Shown in pieces: positions 19,522 through 29,027 of a stretch of 64,000 nt of DNA. Location: positions 103,636 through 167,635 of the forward strand of contig JBHLOI010000001.1 of assembly GCA_048940645.1 (NCBI GenBank), written 5' to 3'. The notes below the pieces were generated by a model. It was not told the origin of the DNA and made no database searches. It was given only the letters and a program-made list of their open reading frames with translations. The first letter of the stretch is position 1. Each line of letters opens with the position of its first letter. The position numbers and the translations under genes are program-made. This DNA is from Promethearchaeota archaeon (GTDB lineage: Archaea > Asgardarchaeota > Lokiarchaeia > Sigyniarchaeales > SOKP01).

Positions 19522-20457
19522 TTATTTATTTTTCCTGTTACTAATTTTAAAGCTTATTATAATTACCATTGCTGCAATGACATTTACTAATCCGAAGAAA
19601 CTAAAACTAACCAAAACTAATTTACTTTCTGGTATAGAAGTATAGACAATTCCAACTAAATTATATTCAATTATTTCATTATTCCATTCCCAACTATAAC
19701 ATTTACTACCATATTTATCAAGAAATTTATCAATAAATGGTATTTTAACTTGATTTAAATCAGAGATAAGGCAATCTTCTTCATAATAGCAGTAATCTGG
19801 TAAGACACCATATACTTTAAATTCTACTTTTTCAGTTATATTGCCATTCCAGACCCTTGCAGTTCCCACATCATAAATAATTTCGCAAGATCCAAAATTT
19901 TCAATCATATATTTAACACTACTTTCTTTAGAATCAAATGAGAAATTGATTAAAACAGAATCGTTCGCAGGAATAGTTACATTAAAAATGTAAAACTTTC
20001 TACCATCTTCAATATTGTCTAGATATTTACTCCAGATTTCTGAAATGTTTGGATTTACCTGTCCTTGAGAAATCGTATTATAGATGAGTGCTGGATTATT
20101 ATCTATGGTTAATGAATAATTGTATATGGAAGTACCCCGCCCTAAAGGCATTCCTATAGTGATATTTATCGTCTCATCTGGGTTAAATATCGTATAATTA
20201 CTTTTACATTTCCACCTTAGACCGAAAAAGTCCCGGTTGTTTATCGGGAAATATCGAGCATTTATTTCAAATAAAACTTCAGCATTAAGTAATGAAAGAG
20301 ATGAATTTTCTTTAGGTAATATCCCACATATCGTGCTCACTGGACTAGGATTTGCTTTTACAAAATCTGTAGTATTTATTTGATTGAGCTGGATCGTCAA
20401 TAAAATAAGAATGAATAAATAAATTTTCCTTTTATTCAACTTCTGTCTCATATTCAA
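19522..20457 (-). CDS. Secreted, C-terminally anchored DUF4424-like protein (copy 1)
   Basis: Paralog of 18559..19473; identical 5' region (19441-19489 = 20425-20473). Confidence 0.6.
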   Translation of the reverse strand: MNMRQKLNKRKIYLFILILLTIQLNQINTTDFVKANPSPVSTICGILPKENSSLSLLNAEVLFEINARYFPINNRDFFGLRWKCKSNYTIFNPDETINITIGMPLGRGTSIYNYSLTIDNNPALIYNTISQGQVNPNISEIWSKYLDNIEDGRKFYIFNVTIPANDSVLINFSFDSKESSVKYMIENFGSCEIIYDVGTARVWNGNITEKVEFKVYGVLPDYCYYEEDCLISDLNQVKIPFIDKFLDKYGSKCYSWEWNNEIIEYNLVGIVYTSIPESKLVLVSFSFFGLVNVIAAMVIIISFKISNRKNK

Positions 20458-20509
20458 GATACAAAAAAGTCAAGTAAACTTTTAATTTTTTTCTATAGAT
20501 GTATGCTAT

Positions 20510-21874
20510 TTACTTTAATTCAATTCGACCAATTGCTCTAAATGGTAAATTCTTGCTAAACTCATTATAATCAAATATTCTCCTTCCATCTATTAGATTT
20601 GGTGTTTTCATAAGTCTTTTTAAATCATTTGGTTTTAATTTTCGGAACTCATCCCATTCTGTAATCAGTAAAGCACATTCAGAACCTTTTAAAGCCTCTT
20701 CGATTGAACCAGCATACTTAATTTTATCTTTCAGTTCAATTTTAGCGGTTTCGATTGCTTGAGGATCGTATCCTATAATATCTGTTATATTTCTCCTTAA
20801 TAATTCATTCACTACCCTAACACTTGCAGCTCCTCGCATGTCATCGGTACCAGGTTTAAATGCAAGGCCTAATAAAGTAATTTTTTTACCCTTTAACCCT
20901 CCAGTTAATTCTTCGGCAATTTCTACAATATGTATAGCTTGGTCATCATTAATATCAAGAACCGCTTCTAATAATTTCGATTTATATCCCTTACTCTCTG
21001 ACCATGCCTTTATTGCATTAACATCCTTATGAAAACAAGCCCCTCCGAAACCTACACCTGCGCCTAAAAATTTTGGATTTATTCTATAATCTAAGCCTAC
21101 ACCTTTCATCACTTCTACAATATCAACATTGGGAACTAATTCTGCAAAGTTAGCAAATTCATTTGCATAACTAATTTTAGTGGATAAAAGACAGTTATTT
21201 CCATACTTAACTAATTCTGCGCTTTCTAAGTTCATTCGGAGAACAGGACAATTTTTCAGATGATTACCATAAAAATATTCATAAAATTCTTGTAGCATAA
21301 CTCCGCTTTTTTCATCAAATTCTCCAATAATAATTCTATCTGGATACAATGTATCTTGAATTGAACGTCCTTCTGCTAAAAATTCTGGTTGCATGCATAA
21401 TCCATAATCCTTCCCTGGATCTTTTCCTGAAACCTTAGAGATAATCTTTCCTACTAAATTGCGTGTTGTACCAGGGACTACAGTTGATCTAACAACTACT
21501 AAATGATATTTATCTTTAGTTTTTAATGCGTCTCCAATTTCTTTTGCCGTACTTTCAATAAAACTTAAATCAATACTTTTATCCTCTCTCATTGGAGTTC
21601 CTTGGGTAATCATGGATATATCTGTCTCAGTTATTGCTTTTACTGGATCAGTTAAACACTTTAAAAGATCGGGTTTAAATTTTTTAATATTATCCATTAT
21701 TTGTTGTAAACCAGTTTCATAAAAGGGAGCTTTACCCTCATTAATCATATTTGCCTTTTTTTCATTATGGGTTGATGCTAAAACTTGTATATCTTTATTC
21801 GCAAAGCAAGCTGCTGAGCATAACCCTATAAAGCCAGTTCCTAAAATTGACACTTTATATTTGAACATTTTCAA
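20510..21874 (-). CDS. ugd: UDP-glucose/GDP-mannose 6-dehydrogenase family protein
   Basis: GTGFIG Rossmann motif, RSTVVPGTT, PEFLAEG, catalytic GFGGACF.KD, GLAFKPGTDD.R. Confidence 0.92.
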   Translation of the reverse strand: MKMFKYKVSILGTGFIGLCSAACFANKDIQVLASTHNEKKANMINEGKAPFYETGLQQIMDNIKKFKPDLLKCLTDPVKAITETDISMITQGTPMREDKSIDLSFIESTAKEIGDALKTKDKYHLVVVRSTVVPGTTRNLVGKIISKVSGKDPGKDYGLCMQPEFLAEGRSIQDTLYPDRIIIGEFDEKSGVMLQEFYEYFYGNHLKNCPVLRMNLESAELVKYGNNCLLSTKISYANEFANFAELVPNVDIVEVMKGVGLDYRINPKFLGAGVGFGGACFHKDVNAIKAWSESKGYKSKLLEAVLDINDDQAIHIVEIAEELTGGLKGKKITLLGLAFKPGTDDMRGAASVRVVNELLRRNITDIIGYDPQAIETAKIELKDKIKYAGSIEEALKGSECALLITEWDEFRKLKPNDLKRLMKTPNLIDGRRIFDYNEFSKNLPFRAIGRIELK

Positions 21875-21962
21875 GGATCTACTCTTATTATTTTTATATT
21901 TCTAAGATATTTGGAATTATAATTAAAGCTTTTGATGAGTTTTAAATAAATTTAAAATAAAG

Positions 21963-22009
21963 TGAATCTAATATTACATTTATGGTTTCTTTTTGAAATA
22001 TTAGATTCA
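21963..22009. promoter_or_regulatory. 13-bp perfect inverted repeat (hairpin or operator) upstream of the 22072 operon
   Basis: TGAATCTAATATT-N21-AATATTAGATTCA. Confidence 0.5.
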
Positions 22010-22071
22010 TGGAAATACCATGGGTAGAATATTTCTAAGTGTAATTAAAATATAGAGGTAATAATAAAAAA

Positions 22072-23358
22072 ATGAATGACTTAAGGAAAAAGCTAAAAAT
22101 TTCAGATAAGGCGTTAAAGGCAGTAAATGATTTTCTTTTAGATGGAAGTAATCCACTACTTAACAACTTATTAGAATTGGTAGATAACTATGGTGGTGTT
22201 GAGGAAATTAACAAGAAGGCTAATGAGGCTGGAAAAATTGAAAATTTAATGCAAAAATTAGAAAAGAAGAATCCTGATTACATAAAGGATCTTGAATGGT
22301 TAATAGATCAGAGAGAAAATGATGCTTTTATCAGCATACCTGAATATCGAAAGAAAATTCTTGGAGAGAAAGCATCAGAAGTAAAATTCAAGGAGAATTT
22401 TGCCGTAACTTTAGAGTTATCCGCATGTCAATATTTTCCATTTCTTATTGATATTGCTAAAGATGCCATTGATACTCAACAATTAGTTCCTGGAAGGATT
22501 ATTCGGGTTAGAAATATGAAGGAACAGGAGGAAGATGGAGATTTAATAGCAATGGCAGCAGCAATGCAAATAATTGGTTCTACGTGGGTTGAGACATTAG
22601 ATACAAAAGGAACCGCTCCAGGGCCAGATGGGCTTCCTGTAAATGTACATTTAGGAGGACCTGAAACCATAACCGGATATTTTGGGGGTGTGGGGCAACC
22701 TAATGATTTTGCTTTGAAATGGATCGATGAATTCCTTTATTACTATACTAATTATGGAATAAAGCAAGCGCTTAATGTAAATCCCGGTACTGTTTTACTT
22801 GGATATTTCATCTATAAATTGGGAATTAATAACGAATTTAAAATTAGTGTTTATATGGGTAATGACAACCCATATGCTTGTCTTTGGACTCTATTAACAG
22901 CAAAATTATTTGCACGTGAAGATGGTTCAAGTCCTCTCATTGGCTTTAATCTCGCTAACTCAGTTAATAATGAAACTATTGAACTATCGGCATATATTCG
23001 TAAAAATTTTGATTTTGAAGATGTGATTAGATTAGAACATCATATAACTGAAACTTGGAAGAGTATAGTAAGGCAACCTTATGATCGAAGAGAGGAATTA
23101 TTAGAATTAGCGGCAAAAGTTAAGAATGTAAGTGCTAAACATGAAGGAGGCGATATAGAAGTTGAAAAAAGCAGGGAACACCCTACTGATATTCTTGAAT
23201 ATTTTATGCCTAAAGAAGAATTGATAAAAGCAGGATTATGGGATTTTCTACGAATAAATCATCTAGATAGATATAGAGCAGTGAATCATACTGCTAAGGC
23301 TCTTACCGAAAAAGGTCTTAGCTTTATTGCTGCGAGTAATTTACATAAATCGATTTAA
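22072..23358 (+). CDS. Conserved hypothetical enzyme-like protein
   Basis: 428-aa soluble ORF with GAGG SD and motif-like segments LDTKGT, HLGGPETITGYFGG, LEHH, KHEGG; family not recognised. Confidence 0.8.
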   Translation: MNDLRKKLKISDKALKAVNDFLLDGSNPLLNNLLELVDNYGGVEEINKKANEAGKIENLMQKLEKKNPDYIKDLEWLIDQRENDAFISIPEYRKKILGEKASEVKFKENFAVTLELSACQYFPFLIDIAKDAIDTQQLVPGRIIRVRNMKEQEEDGDLIAMAAAMQIIGSTWVETLDTKGTAPGPDGLPVNVHLGGPETITGYFGGVGQPNDFALKWIDEFLYYYTNYGIKQALNVNPGTVLLGYFIYKLGINNEFKISVYMGNDNPYACLWTLLTAKLFAREDGSSPLIGFNLANSVNNETIELSAYIRKNFDFEDVIRLEHHITETWKSIVRQPYDRREELLELAAKVKNVSAKHEGGDIEVEKSREHPTDILEYFMPKEELIKAGLWDFLRINHLDRYRAVNHTAKALTEKGLSFIAASNLHKSI

Positions 23359-23378
23359 AATTAAGAGGTTAATATAAA

Positions 23379-24866
23379 ATGGGAATGTTTGATTTTCGTC
23401 CAACTGGAGTCATGCCAGCTATGGTTACTCCTTTCAATAAAGATGAATCAATTAACGAGGAAATGTTAAGGAATTTAGTTAATCATCTAATTGAACAAGG
23501 GGTCACAGGTTTAGTGCCTTCTGGAACAACAGGGGAATTTGTAAATATGACTTTTGAAGAAAGATTAAAAGTGATAGAGATTGTTGTGGATGAAACTAAT
23601 GGTAGGGTTCCTGTTATTGCAGGTACAGGAGAAACTGGCACTAAATTAGTAATTGATGCAACTAAATCGGCAACAGATATTGGAGCAGATGCAGTATTAA
23701 TTGTTACTCCTTATTACTTAAAACCTAAAGCTAAAGGTCTTTACGATCATTATTTTACAATAGCAGAAAAAACAGAAATTCCTATTGTTCTTTATAATAT
23801 TCCTGTTTGTACTGGAGTAGAGTTACCATGGACAGTGGTTGAAGACCTTGTAGAAATTGAGAATATCGTTGGAATTAAAGATTCTAGTGGAGATTATAAA
23901 TATTTTTCTGCCCTATTAGAAAAAGTAAGTGATATAATTTCTGTCATGATTGGATGGGATGAAAATGTCCTTGGTGCTTTAGCGGGAGGTGCCGCTGGAT
24001 GTATTTTAGGTTCTGCAAATGTATTTCCTAAAATTTGGCTTGAAATTTATAACCATATAAAAAGCAATCGTTTAGAAGAAGCACAAGTACTTCAAAAGCG
24101 AGTCCAGAAGTTAGCCAGACTTTTAATAAATTCAGGAGCATTAGGTGTTAAATCTTGTTTAAATATGATGAAGATTCCAGTAGGTAAAACCCGACAACCA
24201 CTTGTTTTAGGTGATGCTCTCTCTTATGAAATAAAAGATGAGTTGCGAGTCGAGCTTGAAAAGTTAGATTTAATTCAAAAGACAGAATTACAGTTTGAAT
24301 TTGGAGAAAAACCACTTACAAGCCGATTTTATAGTGTTGGAATTACACCCAAGAAAATTACAGATTTTGATCTAAAAGTAGGGGAATCTCTTGTGGGCAA
24401 TCGTGTTGAACTTGCACATATTGATCTTCTAATTGGTAGAAAAGATGGCCCTGTTGGGATTGCATATGCTCAAGCGTTAACTAATCCAGAAGAAGGACGG
24501 GAAGGACTTCAAGTCATACTTGAACCGAATATGCAAGTAAAACCACCTACAATTATGATTCCTACAGTTCGTCCAATTTCACTTCGTCATGCAAGTTTAA
24601 CATATGGACCTGCTCAAGCGGCAATAGCTAAAGCAATAATGCAATGCGTCGAAGATGGAATTCTTCCGAAAGAACTAGTAGATGAAATCGTAATAATTGT
24701 AAATGTGTTTGTCCATCCAAGTGCTAGTGCAAGAAAAAGAATATTTATTAACAATTATAAAGCAACCCGTAATGCGATTCGAAAATCAATGGAAGGTTTA
24801 CCGTCTATAGATGATGGTATCGAGAACGCAGAAAGTGCGCGACACCCATTTAGAAATGACCCATAA
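23379..24866 (+). CDS. dapA/fae: DapA/NAL-family class I aldolase fused to formaldehyde-activating enzyme (Fae)
   Basis: N-terminal GTTGE, PYY, YNIP, Schiff-base GIKDSSGD; C-terminal VGESLVG..ELAHIDLLIG, KP.T...TV, GPAQAAIAKA, NYKAT..AI. Confidence 0.9.
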   Translation: MGMFDFRPTGVMPAMVTPFNKDESINEEMLRNLVNHLIEQGVTGLVPSGTTGEFVNMTFEERLKVIEIVVDETNGRVPVIAGTGETGTKLVIDATKSATDIGADAVLIVTPYYLKPKAKGLYDHYFTIAEKTEIPIVLYNIPVCTGVELPWTVVEDLVEIENIVGIKDSSGDYKYFSALLEKVSDIISVMIGWDENVLGALAGGAAGCILGSANVFPKIWLEIYNHIKSNRLEEAQVLQKRVQKLARLLINSGALGVKSCLNMMKIPVGKTRQPLVLGDALSYEIKDELRVELEKLDLIQKTELQFEFGEKPLTSRFYSVGITPKKITDFDLKVGESLVGNRVELAHIDLLIGRKDGPVGIAYAQALTNPEEGREGLQVILEPNMQVKPPTIMIPTVRPISLRHASLTYGPAQAAIAKAIMQCVEDGILPKELVDEIVIIVNVFVHPSASARKRIFINNYKATRNAIRKSMEGLPSIDDGIENAESARHPFRNDP

Positions 24867-24888
24867 TTAGGAGGAGATTATTATAGAA

Positions 24889-26007
24889 TTGAAATATCTT
24901 TTTAGCCCAGGTAAAATTGGTAATATAAGCATTAAAAATCGTCTGGTTCGTTCAGCGACTTGGGAATCAAGAGCAACTGAAGATGGGTACGTGACTGATT
25001 CGCTTATCGAATTCTATGGAAATTTAGCGAAGGGAAGTATCGGATTAATAATAACTGGATATATTGCCGTAGATAAAATAGGAGCTCAAACTACTCGTAT
25101 GACAAGAATTTATGATGATTCATATATACCCGGACAAAAAAAATTAGTAAGTTCCATTCACGAGCATTCAGATGTTAAGGTAGCTGCTCAAATAGGGCAT
25201 ACAGGTAATAACGTCATTAATCGTAAATTAGAAACCGTTGGTCCATCACCAATTAGAGACCCTCTAACTAAAAAAGTCTGTCGAGAATTGAAAAAGGAAG
25301 AAATTGAAGAAATAATAGGGAAATTTGCTCAGGCAGCTTTCAGAGCTTATGAGTGTGGTTATGACATGATACAATTGCACGCAGGGCATGCTTACTTATT
25401 GAGTGACTTTATCTCTCCATTTACAAATAGGCGAAATGATCAATATGGGGGTTCTACTCTTAACCGATTAAAAATTGTTATTGATATTTACAATCAGATC
25501 AGAGATAATTTAGGAAAAAGTTTTCCAATAACAATCAAACTAATTACTCAAGATTTTCTAGGGAAGGGTAAAGGTCTAGATTTAGAAGAGGGAGTAGATA
25601 TCGCTAAACATTTAGTTGAAATAGGTTTTGATGCTATTGAACCCACCTCTGGACGTACAAGTTTAAGGATAACCAATAATAAGTCATTTCCAAGCGTAAA
25701 TTTTAGTTCACCTGATGATGGAAATTACTATTTACCAAACGCTATAGCACTCAAACCAATAATGAAAGATTGTCCATTGATCCTTATGGGCGGTATAAGA
25801 AACCCAATATCAGCAGATAATTTATTGAAAGAGAAAATTGCAGATTTTATATCACTGAGTAGACCTTTTATATATGAACCTGATTTAGCTAACCGATGGA
25901 AGAGCGGAGATCTTTCCCCTTCATTATGTACTAATTGCAATGCTTGTTTTGGAATTGGTGAGAGAAGGGAAGTATATTGTGTGATAAAGAAAAAATTAGA
26001 AAAATAA
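24889..26007 (+). CDS. NADH:flavin oxidoreductase (old yellow enzyme family)
   Basis: KNRLVRSAT, QIGHTG, QLHAGHAYLL..FISP.TN.R.D.YGGS..NR, SRP, C-terminal CTNCNAC. Confidence 0.92.
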   Translation: MKYLFSPGKIGNISIKNRLVRSATWESRATEDGYVTDSLIEFYGNLAKGSIGLIITGYIAVDKIGAQTTRMTRIYDDSYIPGQKKLVSSIHEHSDVKVAAQIGHTGNNVINRKLETVGPSPIRDPLTKKVCRELKKEEIEEIIGKFAQAAFRAYECGYDMIQLHAGHAYLLSDFISPFTNRRNDQYGGSTLNRLKIVIDIYNQIRDNLGKSFPITIKLITQDFLGKGKGLDLEEGVDIAKHLVEIGFDAIEPTSGRTSLRITNNKSFPSVNFSSPDDGNYYLPNAIALKPIMKDCPLILMGGIRNPISADNLLKEKIADFISLSRPFIYEPDLANRWKSGDLSPSLCTNCNACFGIGERREVYCVIKKKLEK

Positions 26008-26063
26008 ATCAATTATCTTGTGCAATAGGAGCTCAAATTTTAGAATCATAATTTTATATCTCT

Positions 26064-26672
26064 TTATTTTTTTATAGATATTGTTTTATTTAATCCTTGA
26101 ATAATAAGATGAATGCCAAAAATAATGAGAGTACCACCAATTAATGGTAATGAAATTAAAAAGATTACCGGTTGAGTAGGGAAATTTATTACGATAATTA
26201 TAAAAAATACAGCATTTAGCAGACCAATGAGCGTCGAAATTAAACCTAAAATCCAACTTACCCTCTTTTTTGTTGATTCCTTAGAAATTAATCTTTCAGA
26301 AAACATTAAATAAAAACCATAAATCATTAGAAAAATACTTACTAAGAATAATGGGAATAATACCAAATTTCTGACAAATGCAAAAGAGAAAAATCTTTCA
26401 TCCAATAAAATGTACATTGAAATGATTATTGAGATAATTCCATCAATAATTAAGAGTAAGCCTTTTACTTTTTGATTTAGCTTTTCTTTCAAAATAAGAT
26501 ATAATCCAAAATAAATTGTATAAATACTAAAAATTATCAATGGAATTGAGAATATCAGATAATAAATATTCGATATCCAATCTACACCCATCGCCCAGAA
26601 TGTAATGAGTGCGATTATTAGAAAAATAATTCCTAGCACTATTAAAAATAAACCTAAACTTCTTCTTTCCAT
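26064..26672 (-). CDS. Hypothetical membrane protein (~6 TM, internally repeated helix pairs)
   Basis: Very hydrophobic; three similar hairpins ending YFGLYL / IYGFYL / IFGIHL. Confidence 0.7.
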   Translation of the reverse strand: MERRSLGLFLIVLGIIFLIIALITFWAMGVDWISNIYYLIFSIPLIIFSIYTIYFGLYLILKEKLNQKVKGLLLIIDGIISIIISMYILLDERFFSFAFVRNLVLFPLFLVSIFLMIYGFYLMFSERLISKESTKKRVSWILGLISTLIGLLNAVFFIIIVINFPTQPVIFLISLPLIGGTLIIFGIHLIIQGLNKTISIKK

Positions 26673-26714
26673 AATTTTTTCAATCTCTTTCTTTATTATG
26701 TTTCTTTACTTAAG

Positions 26715-26790
26715 ATTGATTTAATTTATTATTTCATTTAATAATTTATTAAATTCTAAGTTCAATTGAACTAAAATTCTAAATGAAATG
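26715..26790. repeat. 76-bp direct repeat copy 1, containing inverted repeats
   Basis: Ungapped 65/76 match to 27566-27641; ATTTCATTTA...TAAATGAAAT inverted pair; central palindrome AGTTCAATTGAACT. Confidence 0.8.
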
Positions 26791-26854
26791 GTTCATTAAT
26801 TATAATGGATAGATAAAAATTCTGAAGTAAAAAAAAAAAATTAATTTTTAATAC

Positions 26855-27421
26855 TTATAATAATTCTTGTAGTAATAAACTTCGTGTTCTATTCCCAGTA
26901 GGTGTGCTGAGATTTAGACTATTTGCGCCAGTCGCATCTACATCAGATTTCCAATAAACTACTATGTTATATACCCCCTTGGGTAATCTTTCTGATTGAT
27001 AAATAGTATGAAGATTAACTGGAATTTCTCTTACAGCACCAAAACCCCCGGGTGTGCCTTCATAAAAATGAATACGTGAACTGCGATTAGATATACCCTC
27101 TATTACAACTGCTATATAGAAATTAACTGCACCAACGAGAGTTGAACTTATAGTTAGCGACCCTTCCGCTGTAAATGTAATTAGAATTCTTGAATTTTCC
27201 TGGATATCAATAGTAAGCTCCATATCAGGAATCTGTTGATAAGTTGTCTGAGTATCAGGAATTGAAGCTGATGAACTTGTTTCCATGTATTTTGACTGCA
27301 AAAGAATGGTCTGCATTCCTGGTAATAATATAGGCATTACAAACATCGTTAAGAGGGTCATAACCGCCACAGAGCCAATAATACTACCAATTATACTTCC
27401 GGCTACCTGTTTTCCAGACAT
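26855..27421 (-). CDS. N-terminally membrane-anchored beta-rich extracellular protein
   Basis: N-terminal TM followed by an S/T-rich beta-strand pattern. Confidence 0.7.
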   Translation of the reverse strand: MSGKQVAGSIIGSIIGSVAVMTLLTMFVMPILLPGMQTILLQSKYMETSSSASIPDTQTTYQQIPDMELTIDIQENSRILITFTAEGSLTISSTLVGAVNFYIAVVIEGISNRSSRIHFYEGTPGGFGAVREIPVNLHTIYQSERLPKGVYNIVVYWKSDVDATGANSLNLSTPTGNRTRSLLLQELL

Positions 27422-27565
27422 TTTATATACACTTAATCAAGATAATTTAGATTTCTTTTACTTATATCTAAATTTTTATAGATAAATTTAGTCTATATCT
27501 TCTATAGTAGTGTATCAAATACTTAAATAAATGGAATTTTTGAAGAACGAGAATTATTATTTAAT

Positions 27566-27641
27566 ATTGATTTGTTTTATTATTTCATTTTATAATTTAT
27601 TAAATTCTGAGATTGAATAAATAAAAATTCTAAATGAAATG
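27566..27641. repeat. 76-bp direct repeat copy 2
   Basis: Matches 26715-26790 with a divergent 12-nt centre. Confidence 0.8.
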
Positions 27642-27762
27642 ATGAAATGATTAATAGATATTAATATGAACCTTAAAATTTCTGATTTTTTGGTAATAAT
27701 TAATGAATTATATGTTTTAATAAATGAATGAAATTTTCGAAGAAATAGAAGGTTGATATAAA

Positions 27763-28254
27763 ATGGCAGATAAAAAAGTAGAATTAAAAGCCGGTGATTT
27801 AGCCCCTGAATTTTGCCTTCCAGATAAAGAAAATAAAAATGTGTGTTTGAAAGATTTTGAAGGTAAGTACAGAATAATATACTTTTATCCTAAAGATAAT
27901 ACTCCAGGATGCACAACCGAAGCTATTGGGTTCACAAATATTTTACCTGAGTTACAAGAGCTTGATGCAGAAGTAATAGGAATTAGTCCGGATAGTCCAA
28001 AATCTCATGCTAACTTTATAGCAAAGAAAAATCTGAAGCTAACATTGCTTAGTGATGAAAATAAAGATGTTCTAAAGAAATATGGCGCTTGGGGATTAAA
28101 AACATTTAGAGGAAAAACCTATATGGGAGTAATTCGGAGTACGTATCTAGTGGATCCTAATGGCAAAATTGCTCACATTTGGCCAAAAGTTAGTGTTAAA
28201 GGTCATCCTGAAGAGGTAAAAGAGATTCTAGAAGGATTATTGGCTACAGTTTAA
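27763..28254 (+). CDS. bcp: Bcp-type peroxiredoxin
   Basis: YFYPKDNTPGCTTEA, GISPD, RSTY.VD. Confidence 0.93.
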   Translation: MADKKVELKAGDLAPEFCLPDKENKNVCLKDFEGKYRIIYFYPKDNTPGCTTEAIGFTNILPELQELDAEVIGISPDSPKSHANFIAKKNLKLTLLSDENKDVLKKYGAWGLKTFRGKTYMGVIRSTYLVDPNGKIAHIWPKVSVKGHPEEVKEILEGLLATV

Positions 28255-28300
28255 ATTTTGATTAAATTTTTTTTAAATTCAAAAATTTTTTTATTAAAAA

Positions 28301-28855
28301 ATGAATGTAAAAAAAGCTATTAAAGAAAGAAGAGCATTTCGCTCTCTTGAATTAGTGAGAATTACAGACGAACTCATTTATGATTTAGCTGAAAAAGCTC
28401 AAGTTGCGCCTTCATGCGCCAATAAGCAACCCTGGAATTATATTTTTGTGCGAGAAAAAGAACAATTAAAAAAATTATTTAATACCTTGACAGATGGGAA
28501 TAAATGGGTTGAAAAAGCGTCAATGATTATTGCTGTATTTAGTAAGCCTGAGAATGATTGTATTATTGGGGAGCGTTTATATTATTTATTTGATACAGGG
28601 ATTGCTACCGCATTTATAATATTACGGGCGACTGAACTAGGATTGGTTGCTCATCCAATAGCAGGTTTCAATGAACCACAAGCTAAACAAATTCTTAAAA
28701 TTCCAGATGAAATGAGGTTAATCACACTTATAATTATTGGAAAGCATTCAAAAACAATCAATCCTGTTTTATCTGAAAAAATGAAACTGGGAGAAAAACA
28801 GAGACCACCCAGAAAAGAATTAGATAAATTTATTTTTATAAATAGTTATAAATGA
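28301..28855 (+). CDS. Nitroreductase family protein
   Basis: RRAFR, APSCANKQPW, D.GIA...L.ATELGL. Confidence 0.9.
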   Translation: MNVKKAIKERRAFRSLELVRITDELIYDLAEKAQVAPSCANKQPWNYIFVREKEQLKKLFNTLTDGNKWVEKASMIIAVFSKPENDCIIGERLYYLFDTGIATAFIILRATELGLVAHPIAGFNEPQAKQILKIPDEMRLITLIIIGKHSKTINPVLSEKMKLGEKQRPPRKELDKFIFINSYK

Positions 28856-29027
28856 GATTCAAAAAGTGCTTAAAGACCTTATATTCATTTTTTTATTAAA
28901 AGACAAACCATAGATTCTATTTTATAATTAAGCGATTATCAAAAGTTTATAGACTTAAGATAATTTTAACAAAAATTAATAGTTTATAACCGAGATTTTG
29001 ATAATTCATTCCAATATTAATAATTAT

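Noticed and set aside
26715-27641. CRISPR mini-array or integron attC sites
   Set aside because: Only two 76-bp copies separated by a whole gene; no cas or integrase gene and no clear RYYYAAC/GTTRRRY ends.
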